A DNA stretch of 63,799 bases, the filler included, from Folioceros fuciformis (lineage: Eukaryota), in NCBI GenBank assembly GCA_049999805.1. It is 6 parts of 6 records of this genome, joined end to end, with 100 filler letters (N's around TTAATTAATTAA, not from the genome) between each part and the next. Parts side by side here need not be neighbours in the genome. Positions count along the whole stretch, not along the records: positions 1 to 8,925 come from JBNGIO010004570.1; positions 9,026 to 25,391 come from JBNGIO010004571.1; 4 more parts are not named here. The stretch is one strand, 5' to 3'. Each line of letters opens with the position of its first letter. The first letter of the stretch is position 1. The translations under genes were made by a program, and so were the position numbers. Below are positions 1 through 11,980 of the stretch, in pieces. A model generated the notes under the pieces. That model saw only the letters and a program-made list of their open reading frames with translations. It did not search any database and was not told the origin of the DNA.

Positions 1-603
1 TTCAGTGAGCATTGCTGAAATAACTCGGTTTACTGATATTGGCCTCATGTCTTGCAGCCCTTGGACCACACTTGTCCATGTCTCCAGCAGTGTGGTGAGA
101 AGGATCACTGCTAGTAGCTCCTCCTCGAGATTAAAACCTGCCGACACCAGCTTGGCTCTGCAGTTGCAAAAATCCAAGACATGCTTGTCGACGGGGTCAG
201 ACTCCTTCATCTTGAGTCCTATAAATTGTTTAAGTACATATGTCTGCAGCATGAGGTCCCATGAGTCGTAGAGTAGCTTCACTTCTTTCCACCAGGCTGC
301 TGCGCTCTCGTCAACTCCCTGGAACACTCCAATGTGGGAGCTCTTCACGCTGAAGTGAAGGAGGGTACGGGCCAGTTGGTCGGCCTCCTCCCACCTAGTA
401 ACTACATCAGGGTCAGTGACCGGAGGTCTGGGTGTGGGAACTGTCGGATTTCCCACACCATGAACATGCGCCTAGAGTTTCCTGGATTTCAGGATTTCTT
501 CCATGCTTTTCTTCCATACAAGGTAATTCTCTCCATCAAACTTGTCTTCCTTAGGAATGTTGATGGGGGCAATTGATGCAGCTTGCTGTTGTTGTGCCAT
601 CAT
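1..603 (-). pseudogene. Ty1/copia gag N-terminus (UBN2-type), disrupted, runs off the window start
   Basis: Minus strand from ATG at 603/600 reads MMAQQQQAASIAPINIPKEDKFDGENYLVWKKSMEEILKSRKL*AHVHG, the copia gag FDGxNYxxW motif with TAG where Trp is expected. Further on: LKMKESDPVDKHVLDF...LLTTLLETWTSVVQGL. Confidence 0.85.
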
Positions 604-1688
604 ACTCCACGCTCTCACTTTTGCACAGGTGCAAAGTCCACCTCGCAGGAAACGTGTTGACCAGGTTCTTTGCAGGGTTCCAGTTTGACCTTGAGGGTTA
701 CGACTTCACTCAGAGAGTACTCCAGCAGGATATGGTGCAGGGTATGTGATGCATAATGCCTGACTATGTAAGTAGGTTGCTCCTCATCTTGTCTTAAAAA
801 CAATTGCTTCAAGTGGTGATTCAAATGTTGAGTGGCTGAATCTGCTATAGTGGGAAAATGCAGAAAAAGAAGTTCCTGACTGGAAGGGAGCAGCATTTTA
901 GTCAAAGAAGATCAGAAACATCAATGTGGCTCCAATCGTAACCGTCTACTGCTGGATAGCCTTGAATTATGTTTGTTGCCATCAGTTCACATATAATGCA
1001 GATTTTTATCCAAACCTACTGCCAGTGTGTGGGTGCGAGGGTTCGCAGGTAGGCTTCCTCCCGCTCAGACTCCCACGCATGCACCTCCTGAAGTTTTCTG
1101 GCTCGCCTTGCAAGGCGTTCTCGTTTCCTTTGGCCAGGCATAGCTGCTAATCGTCGCGTGTTGCTGTTGACATTCTCCAGAACCGAAGCCCAAGAGGCAT
1201 TTGTAGCAGCAACACAGCAGGATCGCAACGATCAGGTTAGAGGGAAAGAAACACCAAGCACCACCGCCATTCAAAATGTGACCGTGGCTAGGAGCCAGAT
1301 GTAACTTCAAGAGAGCACCACCGCGTCTTAGAAAACCACCGTAGAGTTAGGAAATTCCAGGCGCCGTGAAGCGCACGCTGACACGAACATCTCAAACCAG
1401 GAATCACGGCGATTCCTGCTCTGATACCATGACAAGTATCGAGTACGCTGGTGAGCGATAGGCGTAGAAAAGATAGATTGATGAACACGTTACACGCCGT
1501 TGTCTTGTGCACACGGCAGATGGTTACTAATCGATAGGGTATTCCACTAACCTATGACCTGGACACCTAACCTACCTTAGGGTTAGATGCCCCTATATTA
1601 ACACATGTGTCCCAATGGCTACGCCTACACATGTATTGATACATGGCTACATATGCATTGATATGCTATTTTAATATTCTTACTCTCA
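1..1688 (-). mobile_element. 5' part of a Ty1/copia LTR retrotransposon (LTR about 1430-1688, PBS 1418-1429, long leader, gag)
   Basis: gctctgatacca at 1418-1429 is the reverse complement of TGGTATCAGAGC (tRNA-iMet PBS). It directly follows a TG...CA bounded segment of about 259 bp containing a TATA-like motif. The outer LTR boundary at 1688 is inferred. Confidence 0.8.
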
Positions 1689-2435
1689 TAATATTGAGTA
1701 AGTAAATGGAGATATGGGAAAGTCCAAATTCCAAGCATTAAGATACATACATCTTAGGTATATTGTGGATCCATTTCAATGAAAACATCCATTCAATTGA
1801 ACTGTGTTTTTTTATATCTTGTCATCGCATATGCATATTCTATTTTCCCATTGGGTTTTTAATGTGTTTCTTCATTATTTTTTCAGTAATTATATTTGCA
1901 TGTCCTCTATTCCTCACTAATTCATGTAAATTCATGATTTTTCAAAAAAATGACTATTTTTTTCCCACCAAAAAGTAGAAGACTGGGAGCCATCCCTTCC
2001 ACTTCTATGACACCTTGTTATAAGCTCTTCCTATCCCCAAAGTTAGGTTGCCCTCACCCACTTATTTGCACATCCTTGTAGAGGGTCTAGAGATTTCAAC
2101 CCTAACCAAGAGGCAGCACAACTCCTCAATACCATCTTTGAAGAAGGGTTCACGATGAGTTTCAGAGCTTTGGCATTTAAATCATTGTCTTAAAGATGCT
2201 TTAATCATCATGAGTTTCTAAAGGTAGACCTCTACCCTTCAAACCAAGTCACCCTCCATGGCTTCCTACAAAAGCTTTGCCCTTTAGTTTCAAATTTCAT
2301 AGCCTTGTCCTTTAGTTTCATATTTCATACATTCCTATTGCTCTTTAGTTTCATAGCTACCTACAAAAACTTTGCTCTTTAGTTTTAGAGCTATGCTCTT
2401 CAAACCAAATCGCTATCGACAGCTTCCTACAGAGC

Positions 2436-2545
2436 TCTCCCCTTTAAAGGAAGTCACTAAGTCTCCCCTTCAGAGTAATTTACTAAGTCTCCCTCTTCAA
2501 AGTAAGTCACTAAGTCTCCCCTTTAAAGCGAGTCACTAAGTCACT
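2436..2545. repeat. Imperfect minisatellite, about 26-27 bp unit (aagtcactaagtctcccctttaaag)
   Basis: About four degenerate consecutive copies. Confidence 0.7.
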
Positions 2546-2559
2546 CTTGTCAGCTTCCT

Positions 2560-2890
2560 ATGGAAACTGTCACCCAACAATCTACTAGCAAAGAATTCAC
2601 ATAATGGAAATTGTNNNNNNNNNNAATGGAAATTGTCACCCAACAATCTACTAGCAAAGAATTCACATAATGGAAACTGTCACCCAATAATCTACTAGCA
2701 AAGAATTCACATAGTAGAAATTGTCACCCAACAATCTACTAGCAAAGAATTCACATAGTGGAAATTGTCACCCAATAATCTACTAGTAAAGAATTCATAT
2801 AATGGAAATTGTCACCCAACAATCTACTAGTAAAGAATTCATATAATGGAAATTGTCACCTAACAATCTACTAGCAAAGAATTCACATAA
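2560..2890. repeat. 44-bp tandem repeat (atggaaattgtcacccaacaatctactagcaaagaattcacata), about 7-8 copies with an internal gap
   Basis: Units start at 2560, 2604 (gap), 2626, 2670, 2714, 2758, 2802 and 2846. Confidence 0.95.
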
Positions 2891-2930
2891 CTAGAAATGA
2901 GCTTAAGCCCAAAGGCTAGTAAACCCTATT

Positions 2931-3378
2931 ATTGACTTCATTAATCAGAGAAGGACATCTGTTGACTTCATCAATCAGAGGAGGACATCTGTTAACTTCA
3001 TCAATCAGAGGAGGACATCTGTTGACTTCATCAATCAAAGAGAGGACATGTAGTAAACCATGTTCACTTCATTAATCGGAGGAGGACAGGTGAATGAAGT
3101 GAAACTTGACTTCATCAATCAGAGGAGAACATCTGTTGACTTCATCAATCAGAGGAGGACATCTATTGACTTCATCAATCAGAGGAGGACATCTGTTGAC
3201 TTCATCAATTAGAGGAGGACATCTGTTGACTTCATCAATCAAAGAGAGGACATGTAGNNNNNNNNNNTCATTAATCGGAGGAGGACAGGTGAATGAAGTG
3301 AAACTTGACTTCATTTATTAGAGGAGGACATGTGAATGAAGTGAAACTTGCCGACTTCATCAATTAGAGGAAGACATG
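2931..3378. repeat. 30-bp tandem repeat (gttgacttcatcaatcagaggaggacatct) with higher-order duplication
   Basis: More than ten near-identical units. The block ending aaagagaggacatgtag and the segment ggacaggtgaatgaagtgaaacttg each recur. Confidence 0.95.
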
Positions 3379-3791
3379 CTCATTCAAGCTGCCTGCAGAT
3401 TACAAGAAGAACAAAGAAGTTATACTAAAGTCCACTAACAATTAGCAGTTTTCCACAATCTTAGTGCAAGACCCAAACAAGGCATAAATTGTGTTGCCTG
3501 TCATCAAAAGGTGCTCGATTGTTACCCAATTGAAGTTCAGGCAGGCAATACTCCTAATAGGTTGCTTTGCAGTCAGTGTACGGATTGGGCCCACATTCCC
3601 GACCCTCATCGATTTTTACCGCAAGACATTGTCTGCCAGGTATACCAATCACCAGTTGCCACAAACGTTTGAGTTTAGTCTCTGCTTCTCTCTACGGAGG
3701 ATCGCCACCTTGCAGGACAACCGTCGAAGTCGTAAGGTTGTAAGAGGATGTTGCATCCTTGTTGAGGAGGTGCGAGAAATGGAAGCTGTTT

Positions 3792-6700
3792 TCACATCAG
3801 ATGAATTTCAAGTGAGCGCCTTCTCTTCCGGTGAAGGTGCTCCGAAGGTTCTACGTCCTGCGGTGGTGATTCCTTGCCATCTTCTTTGTCCTTCGAGTTA
3901 GCTTCTCCAAGATCGAGAACATCGCTTAGTTCTTTCCGCAGTGTATTTGTGACTACAGCTTTGGAGCCAATACCTTTTCTTCTGATGCCGGAACTGTTAT
4001 CTTCTAGGGCTTGACGGCCTACAGTGTCTGACGAAAGTATTGAAAGTTTCTGTTCATCAGGGTCCTCCGGGCTGAGGGTCTTCTGCTTGCCCTTCTGTGA
4101 TGATTTGGCAATGTTTGTGACTTCGCACGTTGAGGTGCCTGTCCTGTCGGATGTAGGACAATTTGGTCCAGTGGTCCTCATGACGAGAGTTTCGGTGGGG
4201 AACTCTGTGTCCCTGCAGCCTAGACTGCTGTCTCCAAGGCCGCGCTGGTCTTCAAACGTGCAGGCATTTTCATCCTGTGCACATCGATTATCATCCTCGT
4301 CTCTCTTCTCATCAATAGCTGGTTCCATCTGCCTTCTCAGTTTCTCTGTCACTGAAGTCACGACTCCCGCGTCATTACCCAACTTTTGTTTCTGTTTCAG
4401 GAGTTCCAGTCTCTCCTTGTCCAGAGCTTTCCTTTCGAGCTTGATTTCCCTCATTGCTTGCATGACGGTCACCCTAGATGCACGAATCTGCTCCTTCTCT
4501 TCTTGTACTTCCCTCAGTAGCTTTGTTTCCATCTCTAAATAGTACGTTCTAATGCCCTCTCTTTCTTTCTCTAGTCTCCATTCGAGCTCCTGTTCTCTGG
4601 ATTGTGGGCTGGTTTGAAGGTCCTGCCTGTCGTGTTGTTGCTCGCAGAGTAGTTGGGAGCGTTTGCGTGCAATGTCTAGGTCATACTGGTCCTTTTCATG
4701 CTTGAGAGTATCTATGTCTATTTGAAACTTGGCAAGAGCTTGTTGTTTTTCTCTCTTCAATCTCTCCCCTTCATTCTGCAACCAGATTGCCATTGATTTC
4801 CTCTCTTCCTGATGTACCTCCAGCTCCAATTTCATTTTGTTTGTTTTGGCCTCAAGTGCATCCCTCTCTTTGGCATTCTTTGCTCGCTCTGCACGGAGTT
4901 CTTGAATATTGGCTACAGTTGTCTGTCTTTGTGCTCTGAGTGCTTCAATCTCATCTTGTAGCTGCTGGTGTATGTTGCTTGCTCTCTGCAACTTTTGCCG
5001 CTGCCTGACAATCTTCAGCTTCCCGTGCTCTATTGCGTCCACCATCTTCTGAAGGTCCTCCCTTGCTGATCTCACCCTGTCATCCACGTGCCTACTCTCT
5101 GTGGCTAGCTGCTTCTGTTTTGTTATCATTTCAGTCTTCTTCTCATGCTCTTTCATGGCCTCTCTCTTGGCTGCTTCTTGTTCTCTCTTGGATATTGTTT
5201 GTGAGCGATGTTCCAGTGCATCAACGGTGGCCTGGATTTTTCCTCGTTCCTCTGTGCAAGCTTCTCTCTCAGTTTCAAGGTAGCAGTGAAGTTCTTGTAG
5301 CTCGGCAGCAGTGTCTTCATATCGTTTTCTCTTCTCCTCCAATTTGCTCTGTTCCCCCTCGAGCTTTTTGCTAAGCAGATTCTGATATTGAAATTTCTCA
5401 ACTTCATTAACGTGTTCTATGTCTACCCGTTTGAACTCAAGTGGTAGACTTGGCCGATATCGCTAAGAGAAAGCAGTTAGTTGGGCAACATACCAGATCC
5501 TTTCTCTGTTTGGTGATATCTTCTTGCTTGATGTTCATTGTCATCTGCAGGGCTTGTAGTTGTTTATTCGTATCCGTCAAGTCTCTGTCTCGCCTTTCAA
5601 ACTCCTTTCAAATGTCACCAACATGCTTGAGGCGGTTTAATCAGTAAGCTCATTGGCATAAGTCTTTGAGCTGCTTAAAAGGTGAGGCAAATTACTTTCT
5701 CTTTGCTGGCCAGTTGCTCCTGACGCACCAATCCCTCTTGTTCCTTCTGGATCACTTTGACCTCCCGTTCCACCAAAGCCTGTCGCCCAAGCAAAACCCG
5801 CGGATCCCATCGGAAGACGCGGAGGAAAGTTGGACAGCGTCAACTCTTCAAGCATTGTTTTTTACCACAGCTTTTTGTAGGGGATTCTACAACTAGTACC
5901 TGTTCTCTTGACCTTTCAGAGGTCACCTTTGCTTTCAGTTCCTCTTCCTCCCGGTGCAAGGACCCTTGCTGCTCTTCTAGAAGCTTTCTTCGATCTGACA
6001 AATCTATCTCCGCGTCTCTTAATGAGTCATCTCTGTCACTCAAGCAGCATTCACGAGAGTTTAAGAGTCTCTCCCCCTGCAGCAACCGTTCTTGGCCTTC
6101 CTGTAGTCCCTTTTGCCATTTATGCAGACTCTGCTCTTGGCGAACTACCTCAGCCGTTCGTGCCTCCAGTCTGAAACATGACCAGCAAATCAGGGGATAT
6201 CGATCTACAGACGGTAAATGTTCTGTACACGAGGTTTGTCACGGAATGATCTAAATGGCAGCTTACTGAAGATCAAGAGTTTGCCGATCCCTTCTCAGAG
6301 CCCCTTCACGAGCTTCAATGTCGTGCAGCCTTGTTTCCAGCTGCGCGTTTTTGCGATTGGCTTCAGCACAAAAGGCTTCAGCAGAATGCAGCTTGGATTT
6401 TGCCAAAAGTTCTTTCTGTTCGGCTTGGAATATGGCCTCATCCACTTGCGCAAGTTTCCTATCGGCAGATGCTTGATCTTCACCCGCCTTCTCTATTGCC
6501 GCTCGCAAAGCTCTCTCCAGCTGTGGGCAAACAACCACCGAACCGCCGTAAGCAAACCGAAGCCTCTACAACCTTCAGGAAGACTGAAATCTCCTGAATC
6601 CCTACATCTGCTGAGCATTGTCTCTCCACATCCAACGCTTTCTTCAGCAGGCTCTCCCGATTTCTAGCATCGGACAACTCGCGGGCATGCACTTCATCTT

Positions 6701-7252
6701 CTCTGCTCAATTTCTCTTCGGCCTCTGCGACTGCGATTCTCAAATTCGCGCATTCGGTAGTCAAAGACTTCCGTTCCAATAGGAGGAGCCCCATGTTGTA
6801 CTGGTAGTCGTGCAGCTGAAACAAAACAACAAAGCCAAAGCCAAAGGCAAAGTTGAAGAAAATATCCATCCAGACCTGACACGCCTGCAATTTCACGGAG
6901 GCGAACGCGCCATTGAAGTTGTGACTGCCTGCAGAACAGAGCCTACCTCAGCCTCTAAGGCGGCCAAGCCAGCGACCAGTACAGCACGATCCTTCTCTCT
7001 CAGCGAACACTCACTCAGGGCACCGGCATTTGCAAACCGGGTCCAAATCCTTGCCTCATCAGCGTCCGGCTGCTTCTGATCTGGGAGCCCCAGCATGCAA
7101 TCGGTCGGCGGAGGCACGACGCTGAGTGGACTACTGAATTGTAGACCGATGTTTCGTGAATCGGAAACATTTCTCTTGTCCGCCTGCTGGCTGGCTGAGG
7201 GCAGCGGCGACGATCTCCAGCCAACGGAGAGCGGAGCAGTACATTTCGGCAT
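3792..7252 (-). CDS. NMCP/CRWN: Nuclear matrix constituent protein (NMCP/CRWN-like coiled-coil lamina protein), 7 exons, about 940 aa
   Basis: Phase-consistent GT-AG exons 7252-6947, 6815-6606, 6520-6267, 6170-5900, 5779-5696, 5604-5494, 5381-3792. Family motifs IWTRFANAGALSECSLREKDRAVL and LEAE|LHDYQYNMGLLLLERK, a long coiled-coil rod, and a basic NLS-like RKRRR near the C-terminus. Confidence 0.88.
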
Positions 7253-7631
7253 TGCGCTGATGAGCGGGTCGGAATCCTGTTCAGAAAACTCTGATCTGTG
7301 CTCTGTTGCACGCCAGGACCCCTCCTAAGGCAGCACAGGAAGAACAATTGCTCAATCTTGATGTGATAGCTTGCATTGCTACATCACCAAATGGCGTTTG
7401 GCTCGACCCACACGCAGATCAGACGACAGTTGCTGGCGAACCAGGGAAGAAGGGACAGGTCTTAGCCTTCCTTCAGGTTACCTACAAATAACGCCGGGAC
7501 GGCTAACGTTCATCTTGAAGTTAGCCGAACTGATGAAGGACTGGAGTTCTTCAAAGAAAGAAGAACGGTCGAGAAATGATGTATGTACAGAGCTCTGCTG
7601 ACCGCGAAGCGAAGGCAGACGCCAAAATCGA

Positions 7632-8925
7632 TCAGGACGGCACCCAGGTGGAAATTTCAAGGGCATCTCCTACGGCCACGGAAGGTAGTTCATCCAGCGC
7701 GCTTTTCTTCAGATGCGTTGTGCGGTCGCAAACGAAATAGGTACCGAAGAAAACCTGGCAGGAGAGAAGCCGACTTGCCTGCTGAATAAGGAAGGAAGGT
7801 TCGAGGTTGCGTTGCTGCCAGGAGCAGCAGGAAGCAAGGGCAGTGAATCTGTGAGGAAATCAGTGCGCACCTGCTTCGCATCCCTGGCATCCATACCCAG
7901 TAACTTTCCAGATCGATAAGTGGCCAGAGTCTGCGCAGTTGTCGACGCACGGCCAATGATGTCAGATGGTACAGATGGCGTTCTTTTCATTTTCTGAAGA
8001 AAAGCGCAAAGATAGAGGAAGTAGCATGTAGGTAAAATTTGCAGTAGCTTCTGACCTTCCCAGGCTCGGAACCAGGGCCTTCGGCAGTCTCCTGGTTGAT
8101 GCTTGGAACCTGCGAGTTCGGACAAAGGATGAGCCTGGCGGGCTCCCGTCTTTATTTGAGCCTACGGTGGAGGTCGCATAGGGATGGAGTGAGCGTACGT
8201 ACCTTGCACCTAGCGCAGCGCATGACGTATGAGAAGTGGAGCTTCTGACCACCACGCACAGTTGCAAAGGTGCGCCATTCGTCCTCTTCAAATGGCCTTG
8301 GACCTCGAATCACCACACTGCCGCAAGAATCCACGACTGGAGGTTAGGAAAACCAGAACGTATTTCTGGACGGCAGCCGGGACATGCATCTGTTGTAGGT
8401 TTGTGTATTCATCTTCAAGGAGGAGAGAGCACGGGGCAGACTTTGGCCTGAAGCGGTTCATCTGGATTGGATGCTCCAAACGCTGGTTCAGATCTTCCAG
8501 TGAGGACTGCACAAGACTGATTCTATTAAGTGAGAAGATTTGAAAGATAGGCCGACCTGACACCATCATGCACGTGGTTCAAAGGAGCAGCACCTCCGAT
8601 GCAAACAGGAACTGTCCTGTGTTGGTGAACCCGGTCACAAATCCATCTGGAGCAGACTCCACTTGGCGGTCCATCAGGTCTGTATCATGTGGCACGTCCG
8701 GGTCCCCGTTGTCGTTCAAGGAGTTAAGGTAGGAACAAGATGGATCAAGAGTGGTAGGACTTGACCTCACCTTCAGGAACCCGGACAAGACGAGCAGGCA
8801 TGCCCAGGTACTCAGTCCACCAGCTGCTGGCCTCCGGACCTTCATCTATGCCGTGGCCAGACCAAGTCCATACCACGACATCCACAATGGCTCCTCGCTG
8901 CCCTTTTTCCAGGGCAGAGCTTGGG
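7632..8925 (-). CDS. mARC: MOSC-domain molybdoenzyme (mARC/amidoxime-reducing component-like), 5' truncated by the contig end
   Basis: Exons 8925-8771, 8679-8594, 8506-8442, 8317-8203, 8109-8056, 7930-7871, 7754-7632 splice to VVVWTWSGHGIDEGPEASSWWTEYLGMPARLVR...SSLEDLNQRLEHPIQMNRFRPNVVIRGPRPFEEDEW...RCARCKVPSINQETAEG...EPGKTLATYRS...VFFG...VAVGD. Confidence 0.9.
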
Positions 8926-9025
8926 NNNNNNNNNNNNNNNNNNNNNNNNNNNNNNNNNNNNNNNNNNNNTTAATTAATTAANNNNNNNNNNNNNNNNNNN
9001 NNNNNNNNNNNNNNNNNNNNNNNNN
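8926..9025. other. Artificial contig-joining spacer N44-TTAATTAATTAA-N44 (also at 25392-25491, 37869-37968, 48417-48516, 61701-61800)
   Basis: The same 12-mer, a stop in all six frames, is centred in 100-bp N blocks five times. Confidence 0.97.
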
Positions 9026-9048
9026 AAGGCCGAATAGCCACTAGGCTT

Positions 9049-9136
9049 GGCCGCAAGGGAGGGGGAGACGCAACTAGGGAGTGAGGAGTGACGGCCGCAA
9101 GGGAGGGGGAGACGCAACTAGGGAGTGAGGAGTGAC
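9049..9136. repeat. 44-bp direct duplication (ggccgcaagggagggggagacgcaactagggagtgaggagtgac x2)
   Basis: Two adjacent identical copies. Confidence 0.9.
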
Positions 9137-9312
9137 TCTGCTTGGCTTGGGGAACAACTTCGGTAAGGAGGGAGGGGGTAGAGGTTTGTGCATGAGGCCG
9201 AGGGTGGAGCGGAGGGATACGGATGTACATACGGGAATCTACATATAGCCTAAAATACGAACCAAAAGAACCCAAACTATAAACCCTAAACTAGATATTA
9301 CAACCCGCACTT

Positions 9313-9516
9313 CCTTCCACCACGAAGGCTCAACTGAAAACCCTAAGCTGGTAGAATGGTACCTCATGTAGAATAAACCCTAACGATATTTCAACCTCTT
9401 GAAAAAAACCCAAACCGGCCATTCGCACATTCGGTTGAAATATTGTCAAGGTCTATTCTACCCGAGGCACTATTCTACCAGCTTAGGGTTTTCAATTTAG
9501 CCTTCGTGGAGGAAGG
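9313..9516. repeat. Long inverted repeat / foldback (84-bp arms, 36-bp loop)
   Basis: 9313-9396 matches the reverse complement of 9433-9516 without gaps and with scattered substitutions. Confidence 0.9.
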
Positions 9517-9519
9517 TAT

Positions 9520-11000
9520 GGAATATCGATATGGAGACCATCGTATACTAAATGATCCCGTTTTTCGAAGCTAATCAACCTGTCTGTTTCGGTAATGGGT
9601 TGCTTTCAGGGCATCCCGATCCGGCCACCACCAATAGACAAGTTTTTTTTTTTTCTCACCTACACACACAATAAATCAATGCTTCCCTCACACAATCCCC
9701 CTAAGGGTTTCAGGGTTCCACGACATCACACTGAACACAAGATGCTCTTTGTCTGCTTCTTCACCCGAACCCAATCCATTCTCCCTTTAGGAAAGGCTCA
9801 TAACCAACCATGTCTTTCTCCCTCCACGTAACGCAACGATCGTATGTACGAGGGGGGCAATGAACCATATAGTAGGGAGAATGGGTTTAGATAGTCTTTA
9901 TTCCAAGCCTTTAAGGGGTACATGTCCCAACATATGATCACGGGCAAAAAGAACAGACTCCATGGGCCTCTATATAGAGACCATACACTACTGCAAAGAC
10001 AAGAGAAGGCACATGCCGCTCCATGCCCATGGAGTGGCCTCCTCCTCTGTCCATGCCTGCAGGTACACCTCCAATGGATCAATCCTACTCCTGCACTCTC
10101 TACACAGAGTCGTTAAAGCCAAGTAAAGTCGATACATGTCGTGGAGGAAGTTCATGCCCTCCAATCCTTGTGCATATACATTATCTCGAACAACCTGCAA
10201 GGCCTGCACTACACGCACAACGCTGTGAAAGGCTTAGGTTTGTGACTACGATACATACATGCAACCTACAAAGCACTTGTAAGTTACAAGTGCCTTAGTA
10301 CTAGACACACAAGATAGAGGCATTCTGCAAGGGCTTCTCGAGTTTCTTGCATCCCGACATCTACAACGCAGTGTCCAAGGGTTCTACAGGCCCTCTACTA
10401 AGGAAATCCTCAACCTACACCTGCAAGGCTATGTCCAGCGTCGAGTATGTAATACATACAGCAACGCAAACCACTGCCACACCCTTCAGGACAACCTACA
10501 TTTGCAATCGTCATATTCAGCTTCCACCTATTACTTACATATGCATGGTGCATTTGCAATCGTCATATTCAGCTTCCACCTATTACTTACATATGCATGG
10601 TGCAAGCTACCGCACACATTACACCTACCATTTGCAACGACACTTATAATTACAGTCACAACGTGTACACTACTCTTCCAACCCCTTCCGATAATTCAAG
10701 CCTTACTACACTTTGTGTGTGCCATCTGCAACATAGTGTGCCACCCACTTTGCAAAGACAATTCCCATGGTCACCACAGTCCACAAGAACAATCTATAAG
10801 GTCAACTCCCTCTATTGGTCCATTTTGCAAGTGCGACACAATATGCAAAGTGATTGCTGTACAATAGCACCGCATCTTGCCATTGCAATCTATAAGGTTT
10901 GCTCTACCTACAAGGGTTTAGGATGCCTTCACCCTCCAAGGCTACTACCTTGCTATCCTCAAATACCCTTTACACCTCCTGTTGCACTAGCAACACCAGC
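9520..11000. mobile_element. Dispersed repeat of unknown family, copy 1 (probable non-autonomous transposon)
   Basis: Shares collinear blocks with 45410-47000: cagggcatcc, tagtctttattccaagcct, cagactccatgggcct, atgccgctccatgcccatggagtgg, gtacacctccaa, then TGCAA-rich repeats. Internal 52-bp duplication at 10499-10602. Boundaries approximate. Confidence 0.65.
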
Positions 11001-11357
11001 TGCAAGGCAATCTCGACCCATCACCATCCATGCAATTTCACACTATCATCAGCATTGTGCCTGCGCAGTTGTGGAGTGAAATTCTGTGTCCAGGGACACA
11101 ACGAGGCCCACATTTACCCTCTATGTTGTTATAGTCATAGGATTCAATCCTAAGGGAATGGTTTGTGTCAAGTTGTTCTAAATCTACAACTTCTAGACTC
11201 TCCATTATTAGTTTCTACCCTTTCTACCCTGACGTACCCCACCAATATGCCTAAGTTCACCACCGTCGTTCCTAACTTCGCTGCTGTAGGAACTTCTACC
11301 ACACCATGTAGTGGATTCAACCACAGCGGTAGTGGATTGGCATGTGTGTTACGGCTC

Positions 11358-11482
11358 CTGGATGAGGCTGGCCACACCTCTGACCTGGATGAGGCTGGCC
11401 ACGNNNNNNNNNNTGGCCACAGCCTGTGACCTGGATGAGGCTGGCCACACCTGTGACCTGAATGAGGCTGGCCACGCCTGTG
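11358..11482. repeat. Tandem repeat, about 27-29 bp unit (tgacctggatgaggctggccacacc), about 4 copies with a gap
   Basis: Directly visible repeated units. Confidence 0.9.
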
Positions 11483-11980
11483 AAGAACTATGGCCTGTGG
11501 AGACTCGCTTCTCATGCACATCAAGAATGAATAAATGAATAAAAGAATGAATAAAACTCAAGAAAAGGGTGAAACATGTCCAAAGTGAGACAGACGTTGG
11601 AGTATGAGGGACACATGAGTCCTGAAGGTAACGTTGAAGCAAAGACATTGAGCCGTCTAGCTAACATTTCAAGCACACGTCAGCGTGACAGCACAGGCCT
11701 TCGTGTAGCTTGGAATCCGAGGGTGGGACAACAGGCCCAGACCCTGGCGCTGGCCCTTGCTCGACTCGGCCCGGCTTGGGACCCCGACCGGGGCTCACTC
11801 AAAGTGCAACTCGCCGCGTAGCTGTGCCGCTTCTCTAGAGGGGATGAGAAGGGGATTATTCCAATTCGAGTTTGGGTTTGGACCGGGATGGATGGACCCA
11901 CACCTTAGGAAGTAAGCCCAGGAAGGAGAAGGAAAGAAGGAAAGCAAAGAACAGGAAGGAGGGAACGAGGGCGTGCCGAG

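Noticed and set aside
2560-3378. CRISPR-like array
   Set aside because: The units are contiguous with no unique spacers, there are no cas genes, and the context is eukaryotic.
8970-8981. Recurrent TTAATTAATTAA palindrome as a biological motif
   Set aside because: It is always centred in 100-bp N blocks, so it is an assembly spacer.
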